Shown here: in pieces, positions 24,637 to 37,941 of the stretch
Position numbering within the stretch: position 1 is the stretch's first letter
How the letters are laid out: each line of letters begins with the position of its first letter
Origin: Lingula anatina
Taxonomy: Eukaryota > Animalia > Brachiopoda
Assembly (NCBI GenBank): GCA_051362555.1
Contig: CM120644.1
Location: 15,088,534-15,152,533 of the forward strand
Reading direction: 5' to 3'
Length of the DNA: 64,000 nt
Translations under genes and position numbers: made by a program
Notes under the pieces: model-generated
What the model saw: only the letters and a program-made list of their open reading frames with translations
Told to the model about the DNA's origin: nothing
The model's database searches: none

Positions 24637-26699
24637 CACCATCATTTTATTGTTATGGCGTATGAGCCAACGATTCATTGTTTCTCAAAAGTGCATGACT
24701 TTTTCTTACTCAGATACCTCCATGTTTTCTTCGATTTTATTGTTTGTCTTAGTGGCCTTCTCCGTCATTTGTGGATAAACTGGGACATGCCTTTTACATA
24801 ATTGCAGTAAATCGCTGAACAACGTAAGGGGGTTATCAATATACCTTCTAATACAATTGTATTTTATAAAAAAAAAAAAAAAAAACAGTTAATTTGAAAC
24901 GTTCATCGTGTTTAGTTTGAATTGCAAGCGTCAGATTAGTAGCTTGGTTGGTTTAACACTATAAAATTTCCCACACATTTGTTCCTTGCGCTCTATATAA
25001 ATACATAAAAGAATAACGACAAATTTAAAGTTCGTATGGCGTGTGCAATTAACTATAATTATTTTTCAATCTGTCCCCTAACACTTTTACCTCTCCTACA
25101 TGTAAACCTCAGTGCCTGTTCGACATATTGTTATTATTTTCTTATATTTCATAAAAATAAACAAACGAAACGACCTCTCCAGGACATTTATATTAAAACA
25201 TCAACGAGAACCAAATGTTCTGTATGGTGCTTTAATATTGACCATGCTGGAACGCACTCTCCTCTCAACTTTCTGGGAAAACAATCCGGACTGATCTGCT
25301 CGACCAGCGGTATTGTAATCAATGTCGCTTTGTTTCTGCTGCCACTGAGCACAGCTAGTGTTGTTTCTGGCTCTATTTTAGGAAGGGGGAAATGTTTGTG
25401 TTAACGGCAAGACACAAGTGGCGATGCGGTGATATGTAAACTTAAGACTACCGGGGGTTTTGTCAGTGGAGGATCGTTCATACGCAGTAGCTCGAGTTGC
25501 TTGTAATACAGATTGATACACGCGTTGTTTGACATAATAAATTCGGTTTAATTACAGGACAAGAAGTAGAAATATTATTATTTTAAATAAATTAGATTCT
25601 GCGTACAGAAGTAGAAATAGTTAATATATCGTGTACATGTAACTAGGTGAAGGGATAGCGCGAAGCTGTGTTATCATGGTTCGATATACACGTTGATCCC
25701 ACCCGGTACGTGTAAACACGTCTTCGGTGGCATATCATTGCAGGGCAAGACAACGATTCATTCCTGGCTTTTATCATGTAAAGAACGTACATTGTGATCA
25801 CTCCACTTGACTATTCAATTAGAGTGTCATTGCGTTTACGGTTTTTAAATTAAACTCTGCTTGAATTTTTCTTTTCAAATCTGAAAGCAATAATTACACC
25901 AGCAGGGTTAATTTCAAGAGGATGAAATACGACATGGAAATTGAGGTATGGTATGATTAATTTGCCGGACCAATTAATGTGATCATCTAATAATTACGAA
26001 CTTTTCGAGAAACATGGGGTATATGACTGATATGTATGTATAAATGGAAAATGAACCACAGTGAATAGACTAACCTGGGAGAATATTGCTTGGGTTCGAC
26101 ATGGATATTGAACATTTATATTAGATGCCCACAATCCTGTTGTTTAAAACGTTTCATTCTCATTTCCCAAATCAATTCATACACGCCGTGCTGTAAACGT
26201 TCAACTACATGTACTTGTATTTATACTGCTATGTTTAGGACTGTTGTATTTCGTTTTGAACTCTGATTTGGTTTCTTTCCGAGTTTGTCCGATGGCATTC
26301 GTTTTCTAACGAATTTAATTGAAATTCGAAATGTTGTCACGGAGCGAAGGCAGGAGAATTGCGTTCGACGTTTTAATCCACTTCGTTATTTACTGTTAAC
26401 TGTGAGGGGAAGAAGTTCAAATGAAATCACGCAATTTAAAGCCTGCCTTCGGAGAATTACATGTACGACTCGGAAATCATGACCTTTCCAATTACAAGGC
26501 CGCGAAAGGTATTAAACTAATGTTTTGAAAGCTGAAGATTTCAGCTCGAGGAGGCAAGCGCTCTTATGGAAGAACTGTTTTCATTTGACTACTTACATAT
26601 AGGCCAAGTTAAAAGGAGGAGGGAAGAACGAGAAGGGTAATTCGGTAAATAAGGATTCCATTGTTTGGAGCTTTTTTTTCTACTGTTTTAGTGAATGGC

Positions 26700-27935
26700 C
26701 TCAGAGACAACGGGTTTACAGTCCTCGGGATTTTGCGGTCAACGTTTTTCAGAAATCATTTGGAGGAGGAATCAGTTTGAAGGGGTAATGCAGGAGTAAG
26801 GATGCTGATGCAGTGGAATTTTAATAACTGCTTCGATCATTTATGAGATGTACCCGTTACATGCATCTAATTTTAGCAACTGGTACAAACATCAAAATAT
26901 CAAGGAATCTCAAAACCGTAGAGCATACTGCAGGAAGTCGGAGCACTTTCGAAGGACGGTAGTTAAAATGCAAAGGAACTGATTTTAAAAAGCTTGTGTA
27001 CACATCTCTAAAAATTAAAATCAAATTTTAGAGGTCGTCGAGTTCAGTTTACTTGCACTACACCATATATGAGGAAACGGGTCATTTACGGGCTATAGCA
27101 AATAGGCACGTCGATGTCGGATATTCTGAATTTACTTATACGTGTACCTACTAGGTAAATGCATTTAAATTGACTTTCAAAAAATTCTATGAGAACCGAC
27201 ATAGAGACATCACTCTATCTTCGCACTGACGGGCCTCTGGAGAAAACACGGACAAAGTGCTGATAGCTGAACAATTGATTAGCCTTCTTGCCATTGACCC
27301 TCACTCTCTTTGTGATCAATTGGTAGTCCATTAAACCGTCACTCGGATTATCGGGAGCCATAATCGGATTTAGCTCACTTTCCCAGAGGGGATAGAACCC
27401 TTTTCATGGAAGGATCGTTATGGTATCAGTGGTTACCGACGCCTCTAGTTCAGAATATGGAAACTCGCTGTGCATAAAGGCAAAGCATGATGGTTTTTTA
27501 ACTGACCGATGACTGAATGTACCTAGGGATCGCTGATGGTTTCCTAAATGGTTCGTTTGTCAGTCTTGGATCTACGCCCTAATCCAGCGTTCATCTCGCC
27601 TATTTCTGCACCGTTTCAAGCGAGCTACGATGATGATGGGTTCCACCGTGATAAATGCACTCTCAAAAGCAGGATGACTCTTTTCCTTGAATTTATAAGG
27701 ATTTGCATTGAACAGTGGAACTAAGACAGGTTTTCGGCGTGTTAGGAGATTTTTCTAAAGGCTTCAGTTCTCTAGTAGATGGCACATTTGTTTTCTGAAG
27801 GATAGTTTTTATGAGGATCAACTTTTGGACTGTTCACTTGACCATATCCTCCCAATGACATTGCTAAGTTGGATGTCCCAGTAGACGTAAAAGGTAAGCA
27901 GGTTTTTTAAATTGCATGCCTATCTGCACTGATAC
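26700..27935 (+). pseudogene. Decayed, apparently intronless 2'-5'-oligoadenylate synthetase (OAS)-like nucleotidyltransferase
   Basis: Motifs appear in OAS order across frameshifts: GG/SV*RGNAG/SKDADAV (26762-26820, cf. GGSxGKGTxxxxSDADLV), SEFTYTCTY*VNAFK (27125, cf. GEFSTCFTELQRDF), NPAFISPISAPFQASY (27581), FLEFIRICIEQW (27683, cf. YALELLTIYAW) and LD/YPPNDIAK (27838-27868, cf. LDPADPTGNV). Many stops. Confidence 0.5.
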
Positions 27936-28782
27936 CAAATAATAATAATAATAGGATAAATTATTCTTATTACCAAAATGCAACACACACACACACACAC
28001 ACTATAAGCCCTACCTTGTCCCCATATTCCTTCTTTCCAATATGTAGGTTGCCATTTTAGATGTATTTAGCCACATTATCGCTGCTTATAAGGGGGTGCA
28101 GAGGGTTGAGAACTCGATTGCATTACCTGTAAAATGTCATGCAAATACATATTTTTTTTTCAAATCAAAATATACTTAACCCCATTCCGCCCAATCAGCA
28201 TTACAAAACAGAGAGAGAATGTTTTACATAAGTGCTATAAGATTTGCACCATGTTTTCACAAATTCTTCGTAGTAGGTAAATGAAGAAATGAATGAATGA
28301 AAAAAAAAACGCTTGGATGAAATCGCTTTAAAGCATCTTTAAGGGATTAATGGCTGCAATATTGGTCCTACAGATTATTTGGATTGAAAAAAAATTGCAC
28401 AACTGATGCATTCCTATGACAGAGTATTTCGCAACTGTTGCATTGTGGCGGAATCATGTGGCTCAACTGCTGCAATATAGTAGTACAATCATTTCATAAG
28501 CACTGTACTAAGACTTTCACGTTATATTATATTATATTATATTATATTATATTATATTATATTATATTACCAGATCGTATATACGTCTCCAATATGTGTA
28601 TAAACGCCTATCCTTCCAGTTGGACCGGTTTTATAAAGACAACCAAAATTCAAAACTGAAAAGTGATATCAAAATTACAGACCTTATATTTAAGCCAATT
28701 TGATACAATATAAATCAGTAGTGGTTCGATTGACTAGAACATTGTGCCTGTGTATAAATCAAATACCTCATGTTATACCGGT

Positions 28783-29015
28783 AGACTAAGAGACCATTCC
28801 CACAGATATTTTGATCGATCTATCTCCACGGGGAGTCTCATTTAATTGCTATCTGCTATCGGTGCGGCTGAGCGAGCAAGAAAGTTAATTACACCCCTAT
28901 CTGTTCGGTAGGCGTGACAGACATTTAAGCTTCTTGAGCTGATAGCAATTTAGTGTGAACCCTCAGGGAGATAGGTTGATCCAGATGGATCGATCTAGGC
29001 ATGGGAATCCAGTCT
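28783..29015. mobile_element. Palindromic MITE, family also at 41641 and 42869
   Basis: AGACT...AGTCT ends, internal inverted arms (gatcgatctatctcc / ggagataggttgatc) and a shared core ggcgtgacagacattta. Confidence 0.7.
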
Positions 29016-31299
29016 AATGGCCAATTTGGGTAAGCTTAATATCATACCAAATTTTAGATGACCAAAATATACGGTCTGAATACTACAAAGGTACATGTAA
29101 GATTAACTTAACGTCGCCACCGCTTGAGCCTAATATGTCCAATTTGGGTTTGACCTACAGCAGTAAACCCAACATAACGCCATGTTCTTACACTTGGATG
29201 TAATCCCTTTGATACAGAGTCGATCGTTTCCAGAAACCTACTCGACATTTCAGCGATCTTGTATATATATATATAATATATATCGTTTTAAAATAATCGA
29301 AGAAAGACAGTAAGTTCTAACACAGACAGCGTTGTTTACAACATTTAATTTTTATATGTTTTATCTTTTGCGCTTCTTAATTTGTATTTTTTTATGAATC
29401 ATGTTGTTTGAAGTGAAATACTTTACAGTTGTCAAGATTATAAAGTCCCTTATCCGACCAGTGTTTCGGGTGACACAAACTTCGGAATTGAGAGGCAGAA
29501 CACTGTAAACCGACTGCTTAAGCAGTATAATGTATACTGCATCTCAAATTGCTTTGTAAGTTTTGTTAAACATCCTACATTGAATTACACGCTAACGCTG
29601 CAGGTAAGTCCAAAGACCGGTTACGTTCTCTTTTAAATCTTGTTTTTAAGGAAACTTGATTAAAATTGATTTGTGCCAGACATCTTTCGTTTGTTACGAG
29701 TCTGACTGATTAACCGGGTTTTAATCAATGAATTAATTAAATAATTCATTTATACAACTGTACTCCTGTGGATGGGCAGTAAACCATGAATGAAAAGTCA
29801 TTTGGAAAACTAAAAATACAGTTTATTTAACAGTAGTTTCAAGATCTGCTGTCGAAAAGCGGATATGTAATTCTGCTTACACCACTGACCCTCTTTTCGT
29901 TTTGATTGAGGACGTGTTCCAGTAAAAAAATTCTGTTCTATTTTAAGAAAGAAGCCATTTGGTTACAATTCTCGTTTCATGCAACTGTAATTCCCTCCCT
30001 TAGGGAAGGACAACCATCTTCGTCCTCAGACACACATTTTCCGTAATATGAAAGAGAGGTGAGAAAAATTTAGTCTATAAGACCTGCAAAAACTATTACT
30101 GTACTTTTATGTCTTTTTTGGTAACTTTTCTCATATCCACGAGTCAGTATCGGATGTATGTCTTTTCCGGTCAGGTTCAAGAAAGGTGTTACAACACACT
30201 GTATTGCTATTCTATCTAAACTAAATGCGAAACTAACTCAATTTGCTTGGTCTTTAGACTCAATTATCATCCACCTAAATATACGCTGGGAGGAACTCTG
30301 TTACCACAAATCACGTGATACTTATTTACGCCGGTAATTAAATCAGTGCGCCAAATCGCGTTGGTGTCTCCAAAGCGATAACCCTTTCGTTCTGGGTAAG
30401 AAAATAGCTTGTGAGACATCAAATTACTTGTTAAAATCTAAATATTAACCCAGATAATCAGGGTCAAATACGAAAACATCAGTACAGCATGTCGTTAAAT
30501 AAAGTTTGATGAAATAAATGATTGAATTTCCGCTTTTTAAGAGTCGTGTATAAAGGAAGGCGCACAGAAACAATAGAAATAGCGATTGAAACAGTTGTTG
30601 CCCGCCAAGGTGATAGGTATTCACTTTGATCTTTTTATCTTCTACTTTTAATTTGGTTGTGCCAGTTTATTTATTTATTTACTTATTTATTTATTTATCA
30701 CTCTCTAGCTTTTATCAATATCCGGTTGTCTTTTACATTACCGTAACATTACTTGGGAGTTAAACAGGGTAAATTTTCCTTCAGTGTATTTAGAATCGCC
30801 GTCTTTGTCATTGGAGTCAAGGGCATGAAATAGCAGAGCATCTTTCTTAGTTTACAGTCAATATATTATAGAAATGCATTTTTCAACATTATTTATTGAT
30901 TTATTTCTTTTTGCATACACATACGTGATTGTAGCCAAAACTATCCAATTTACTTTTCAAAACGTTACTGTTTTCTTTTGTCTACTAACAGAGATTATTG
31001 GCAGTTTTAGTATTGTGCAGCTTGTTATCAGTGTGCTCACACATGTATGCATTTTCTAACCTCTTAGGAACTCCATGTAACAGGAGACTGTTTATCACTG
31101 TATTACATGTAAGAACCAAAGAAAAAAGGAGTACAATTTAATACCTTGGTAAGCAATGTACTTCAATATTAAAACACACACTTCCATCAACAGCTATTTT
31201 GACATAAAAATATTGGACACACTGTATAAATTATATAAGGATTATCTGGCAAAAAAAAAAAAAAAAAAAAAAGCAATGAAGACATTCTTTATAGCATAA

Positions 31300-31660
31300 C
31301 CTAGAATGACCAGGTATATTCAATATATTGTACTAAGTCTCATAAAAATAGAGATCCTTATGTAAAGAATCAATGGTCACAGAAGTGATAAAATACAACA
31401 ACCTTTTGAAATGAATGTCAAACAAATTAACCTATTTTGAAAAATCCAACACTATTTCAACTGTCCTACCCCTTCTTTTCTGATTGATTCCAGCATTCTC
31501 TTAAATGTTGCTTCCAACGCATCCAATAAACACAACTTGGAGAGCCATATAAGCACTACTGTGTTTTAGTGGTCTCAAATATTGTGGTAAACTCCAATAA
31601 ATTTGGATATTGTATCTTCTACTTTTTTCTAAAAAAAGTATGAAAAAGAAGAAAGTTTTA
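31300..31660 (-). mobile_element. Possible Crypton-like (tyrosine recombinase) remnant
   Basis: The minus frame reads LLDALEATFKRMLESIRKEGVGQLK, reminiscent of the FKxMLxxLKKEGKG segment of Crypton proteins. It is heavily decayed and no catalytic motif is seen. Confidence 0.25.
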
Positions 31661-32570
31661 TCTTATTCATAACTAAAAGTAAGGAAGCGACAACGTGTAT
31701 GGGTGTGACGCTGCATGGTGTCGACAACGATGCATAAAAACCTTAGCCGTGACGTCATATGAGGGAACTCGTCCTGTCTTGCCAGACAAAAAGAATGTTC
31801 TTGTGACATGCAATCTCATGAGAATGCTGTGATGAAAACCCTTTTCAATATCATGGTGCAGTCAACGACGACTCGATTACTACGTAAATGAGCCTTATCA
31901 TACATGTATCCTTTCCCTTCTAAGACAAACAGATGACATTTAAAATGCTGAAATCACCAGTCAAAAATAGCAAATTGAAACGGCACTGTTCAGTTACTGC
32001 ACCTCTCTCAGCTGCTACGAAATCTGGCCAATCAATACAAAGCAGCAAGAGACTCTCAAGCGCAACCCTCTTAAACACGCATAAAATAAACTCGTTTTCC
32101 ATTCCAAGCAAAACTGAGAAAAAGCTGGTCTGTTTTTGCACACAGCATCAAGAATTTGGGTGGCCTTAGAGCCTGTCACGACCGTATTGTCCTTCCTAAT
32201 TCTCCCCTGGGGTCTCGCCGTTGTGCCCGACGCTCACGCTCATTACGCAACGTAACAGTGCACTTTTCCCAGACGCATTTCTCGTTTAATGGCATAAGCG
32301 AGTAATGGGTCAATTATTCAGCATGAGGTTGGGAAAAAAGATGGATATTTTATTAGAACCATCCGTTGTTCTGTGTGACATTTTCTAAAAATGGGTATAT
32401 GTACTTTTTGTGCTGGCAGATAGTTAGGATTAGAGAAGAAGCGTTCAGTTTACCATAGCAGTTCACAACGTTTCGGCATCGACATACCAGTATTTATTTG
32501 AACTTAGTTTCTTTGCCTTAAAGTTACGGTTCACAAACGTAAAATCTCTTTCCCTCTCTTTCTCCCCCTC

Positions 32571-32613
<43 letters not shown>

Positions 32614-34224
32614 ACCTCTTTCTCCCTCGCCATTTTTTTGGACAATTTCCTGTTGTGATGTGGGATTTTACTGAACATAGGTTCGAAAATACAAAAGGTT
32701 ACCCTAGGTTCTAACTTCCTGCAGTTTGAATCCCCTCTGGCCATAACTGATGATGTATCAGGGCGACCCCGTCTAGTGGTAGCAGCACCGTGATAAAATA
32801 GTCTATTAAAATACCCAAGGCCCTGTTCACTTAGTGACTTTACCCCGAAATTTTGTGTTAACGTTTAGGCTTCAAAAATAGTAATAATAAATAATTTTAA
32901 AAAAAATCAAATAAATAAATAAATAAACGTTTAAATGGATGAAAAAATAAATAAGGAACTAAACAAGCACACCTTTGAAATGTATTTTGAAATGATTTAC
33001 AGACTATTTCACTTTTCTTTTACTATTCTTCATTGAACACAGATTTAGTAATTTTTTTTTTGTTTTTTTTTTTTTTTTTTTGAAGATGTCACAGTTACCA
33101 GATATGTTAAATTCACGTTTAAATGCGTTATAAGTATTTATCGATTTTTTTTATTTCTGTCTGTGAAATTTCTTGTTTGAAATTTGGATATGCACTTTAG
33201 TACACTGCACATACATGTAAGGACACACTTGTTCAGCTGGTGCTGAAGTATAATCTTTTAGGCCGAGTACACCACCTCGGCCAGTGTTTTGTATAAATAT
33301 AGATCGTGATAAACCCCTGCCATTAATAACAGCTCTAAGCCATTGATTTTATGATTGTGAGGATTGCTTTAGCACCAGGTTGGTCGAGTGCATTGCAACC
33401 CTCTCATTCCTATTGAACTTTGACAAAGGGCAAAAACAATGCTTTTTTCTGACAACGGATCCATTGTACCATTCAAAGCGCTTGATAAAGCTATTCTTTT
33501 CTATTCAGACTGCTGGCGTGATTTTTCGAAATGAGAGCTCGGTTACATTACAATTGTACTTGTGCTTCTTGACTTCGGGAATGGGCTGAATGATTTTTTT
33601 TTAATAATCACTTAGAATACCGAGGGTTTTGTTTTGACTTCTACACTCAAAAATGTTGATGTCATATTTAGTGTATTATTTTTGACGAGTCCGCTGATTG
33701 ACAAAGCTTAGACCATCATCTTCCATGCTACGGACTTGAATTAGCCCTCTTGCAATTTTTGTCAACTTTAATTTCCACGAGGTATGACACAACTTGTTGC
33801 TTAATTGAGGGAACAATTGCTTTCGGGAAACATGCTAGGTTTAGAAAAATCACCCAAGATGTGATAGTGATGTGTTCAATAATATTTGCATGGGCATGGG
33901 TTTCACGTAATGCATGTTTAAGCGGCACTTTCGTTCCAGATGCAGCGAAAGCAGCTGAAGATAATTAATTTTTAACTCGCTCCCTGAGGGACAGCATTTT
34001 GACAAACAGTATGAATTCTAGCATTTCCATTGACTGAATTAGCATATCGGCATGATCAGACATTCATCCATTACATTAATAAGAGTTGACAACTGAAAGT
34101 CATTTCTTATGGACAAATGGCATTGGTCTTTTGGCTGCAACCAACACCGTTTGAAGTAAAGACATTTTAAGGCTAGACGTGCTTTTATACACAACATTCT
34201 CCGTCCTTCAGTAGGACAAACATA

Positions 34225-34277
<53 letters not shown>

Positions 34278-34826
34278 GTTCGGGGGTTAGACGATCCAGG
34301 ACGGTGCCATTGTTAACTTTTTTTAATTAAATGTACAATACGTTTCCTTTTTTCCCTTCTGTCTGTATGACGTACGTACGTGAATGCGGTCTTACTTAGT
34401 AAGAAGTGCCTATCCATGTTGTACCGACGCGGTATAGTAGACAGGAAAGTGATCAAACACTTCAGCCAAGATAAGTGGAATTCCGATACGGATATTCTTA
34501 ATATATTGAGACGTCTATAGACAATACGAACGTGATTTTTTAAACAGATATACTAGTGCGCATGTAAATGCATTCAATTGATTTTGACGTTCTGTCAGAA
34601 CTGAATAAAAAAGAGAAAAAAATAAAGAAAGGAGCATTAGAATAAACTGTAACCAACCTTTCGCAAATTGATTCGAAGCATTTTCTTGCGCCATGTCCCT
34701 TTACAAACGGTATTGTACTGTTTAAGTATTTGAACGTGTTTGGTTGTCTTATCAGTTTCATTAGCTCTGTGCTTGTATATGAAAACGCCATGAATCGTTT
34801 AAGCTGAGATTTCCTTAATTTTTAAG

Positions 34827-35127
34827 CAGGGGCAGATCCAGGATTATTTTAATGGGGGGGGGGGGGGGGGCGTCCGGTTTTTAGGAATGCAGACCGAAGA
34901 TATGAGCCTACCCTCGCCCCACCCCTTTGGCGTGGGTTTCGGGGCCCGCTGAAGGGCCCCAATTTTTTTTATATATTTAGAGGGAGAACGGTGCCATTTG
35001 CTACGACTTAGAACTGTGATTCAACTATTCAAAATACTAATATCAAGAGGGGACCATTCGTGTGCAATTCAGAAATCGAAAGGGGGGTCAGGACCCCCTT
35101 GACACCCCCCCCCTTAATCCGCCACTG
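34827..35127. mobile_element. hAT-like MITE with 5-bp TSD
   Basis: CAGGGGCAGAT... / ...ATCCGCCACTG ends, TTAAG duplicated on both sides, internal G/C tracts. Confidence 0.75.
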
Positions 35128-37374
35128 TTAAGTGTGTACTTTTAAACTATTCCGTTTTTAAGAAAATAATGTTAACTATCCCATTTTTGGTTTTTCATTT
35201 CGTTTTGTTTACACTGCATTATTAATTAATAAATTTATTATTTATAGAGAGTCGCTCTAAACATTTTGTTGGTACATATTTTGAATGATTTCAAAATGGA
35301 ACTGATTTTATTTACTTGTTTATGTAGGCCTACATTTCTCTTTGCCCAACTGATTATTGATAGATATACAGATGAACACATGAAGATGAATATATTGAGT
35401 TCTGCTTGACAAAGAATTAGATGGATCAACGTTGTCATAACTTGATAGCGCATTATGATTTTTTTAGCTGTGAGTAAACGAATGTACGAAGGCTGGCCAC
35501 GTCGATGATTTACAAAGCGTATAAATATTAACATTGCCCATACACGTTCCAGCTCGTTACCAATCCGAAGTGGTTGTGAGTATGTGTGTATGGTTGAAAG
35601 TGGTGGTGGGGGGTGGGGTAGGGCGTGCATTCACATAGAATTTGCATATTGAATCTGTCTGTTAAGTCGCATCTTTATATGGGTTACACAGTCACTGTCC
35701 GCGTAACCCGTTCGATTTTCACGGTGGGCCAGGCTCTAGCCCACGTTTCACAACGTACTTGACTGGGCTGAGCTAAGCGACTTAGTTGGGTCGACTACAC
35801 TGTAGCTGACTCGGAGTGTTTCACAAAAAATCTTAAGTCTTACCTGTAGCTCGATGCGCTTACCGTAGTCAACGCCCGAGAAACTCTTCAAAATTAGGAG
35901 GTAGAAAATCCGGAAGTTTTTTTTCACAAGATATGACGTTTCATGGCGTCTCTCGACCCTGAATAATCCTTTATTAACAATTTGATCAACCAAAACAAAA
36001 GAAAAAAATGTTTGTTTTCAATATTTTGATTAGTTTAACTTGGATACAAGTTCAAATAAAAAGTAAAGATTTAGCTTGTCTTGGAACGATGCCTTCAGAC
36101 ATCTAGCGATCAAAAGTATAAACAAACCCGCGATCGTCTGGGTGATGGTGCATTTTGTTTATTATTAAAAAATTCAGTGAATCTCAGCAACATTCAAAGA
36201 TTATATAAGACAATATATTGAAGATTTTGAGGAAGGTAGGCCCATGTGCTTTTGAATTTTTTGTTAATTAGGCCTATGTTCTCATTTATCAAGTTTTAGT
36301 TAAGCTCGCTGACTTGGGCCTAGCCTACATGTAAGAGCTATCGCCGACTACAGCTGTGGCAACTAAAAAAAAAAAAAAATAAATAAATAAAAAAAAAAAA
36401 AAAGAGGTAAGCTACCTTTTAGATTCTTTGTAAATCGGGACTTAGTGACGCATGGACTTAATTACGTTGGTAATCAAGCTCCTTGTCAGGGAATCCGATT
36501 TTTTTTTTTTTTTTATTATTATTATTTTTTTTTTTATGAAACGGGGACCTCGTTTCACACACACATAAAGGCTTACTTGACTAGGATTTCTATGAGAGTG
36601 GTTTAACGCTGTTCCTACAAATTCAGAATTTATTAACGTTGCAGGGCCAGCACGGCGTTTCTTGGGGGAAACTTAATAGAAAATATAGACAATTTAGAGG
36701 CTATAATGCAGAGAATAGACAAAAAACAAAAACATAATTTTTCGACGGAGGTATATACGCCTTCCTCCACCTCTCTCCGCCTTTCTCCGCGTATTCCTTT
36801 TTTTAAACACTTTTGCTAGCACCGTGATAACCGCTGACTTATACGTGCACTGATGAAAATACTAACAAAGTTTCAATATTTGGAACGACTGACTAAAACA
36901 ATGATGCACGTCCTGTTAGAAACCATCCTAGTTACTTACTGATATTGTCATTGGCAAGTTTTCATTATTTTTATTCATTGTTTGGAGTAGTTTCAGGATA
37001 TCGATTTTTCCCGTTATTTGCAGCTTATACATAAAGGATCTGGTTTTTTTCCAACAGGTTCACATTTTTACAACACCATTTTTACTCATATCCAGTCATC
37101 ATTCAGCAGGAGTCATTTTCCGAGTTAAGCAGCCATTATCTCTTATCTATCTAACGTTACATATTCTGTTTTTCTGGCTGCAGTCATACAGGTTTTAAGA
37201 TAACATGTTTCAGTTCGAACTGTAGCAGAACATGGCATTCGCTTGATTCTGTCTCTTTCTCTCTCTCCCTCCCTCCCTTCCTCCCTCTCTCTTTCTCTCT
37301 CTCTTTCACCTTCCACCCCCTCCCACCCTCTCTCCCTCCTTCTTCCCCTCTCTCTCCTTCCCTCTCTCCCTCCT

Positions 37375-37421
<47 letters not shown>

Positions 37422-37811
37422 CCTCCCCCCTTTTCCTCAGTAATTCATATACAATTCCTTATTTCCATCTGTGAACATAACGAGCAATGGTCCGATTCAC
37501 AGAGTGATTGTAGCATCTTTAGGCAAGCTGGTTAGAGTTAAACGTATCCCCCCCCCACTGAATCAAGTCATGAAACCGTTTTTATGACAACCTTTCTGAA
37601 CGCGCCCTAGCTTCACTTCATCATTTTAAAACTCGCAAATAGTCATCAAGAGAACCGAGGCTTGTCATACTCAAGAAGGATTTATTACACGCTAGTTCTC
37701 TCTCGCGCGACCATAATGCCTTCGTGCATGCGAACATTAAAGGAGTCTTGCCCCGCAAAGAGCAGCTACTTATCAGTGTAATATATCGAAACATCTCTTT
37801 CTATTCCGCAG

Positions 37812-37941
37812 ATGGTGTACTAAACGGAAAAGTGGTGAGAGGAGAGGAGAAGAAACATAAGGTGTGGAGGCAGTATAAGCAGTGCAAAGAAGCCAGTGAA
37901 GAGAGTTTCAAGAGAAAGCACAGTCTCAACAAAGGTCAACG
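37812..37941 (+). other. Candidate exon (UTR or coding) of an unidentified gene
   Basis: Acceptor tctttctattccgcAG, purine-rich body, donor ACG|GTGAGT at 37942. One frame is open (DGVLNGKVVRGEEKKHKVWRQYKQCKEASEESFKRKHSLNKGQ). Confidence 0.4.

Noticed and set aside
33190-34210. Coding-like decayed stretch, possibly a transposase fragment
   Set aside because: Several frames are partly open, but I could assign no family motif with confidence.
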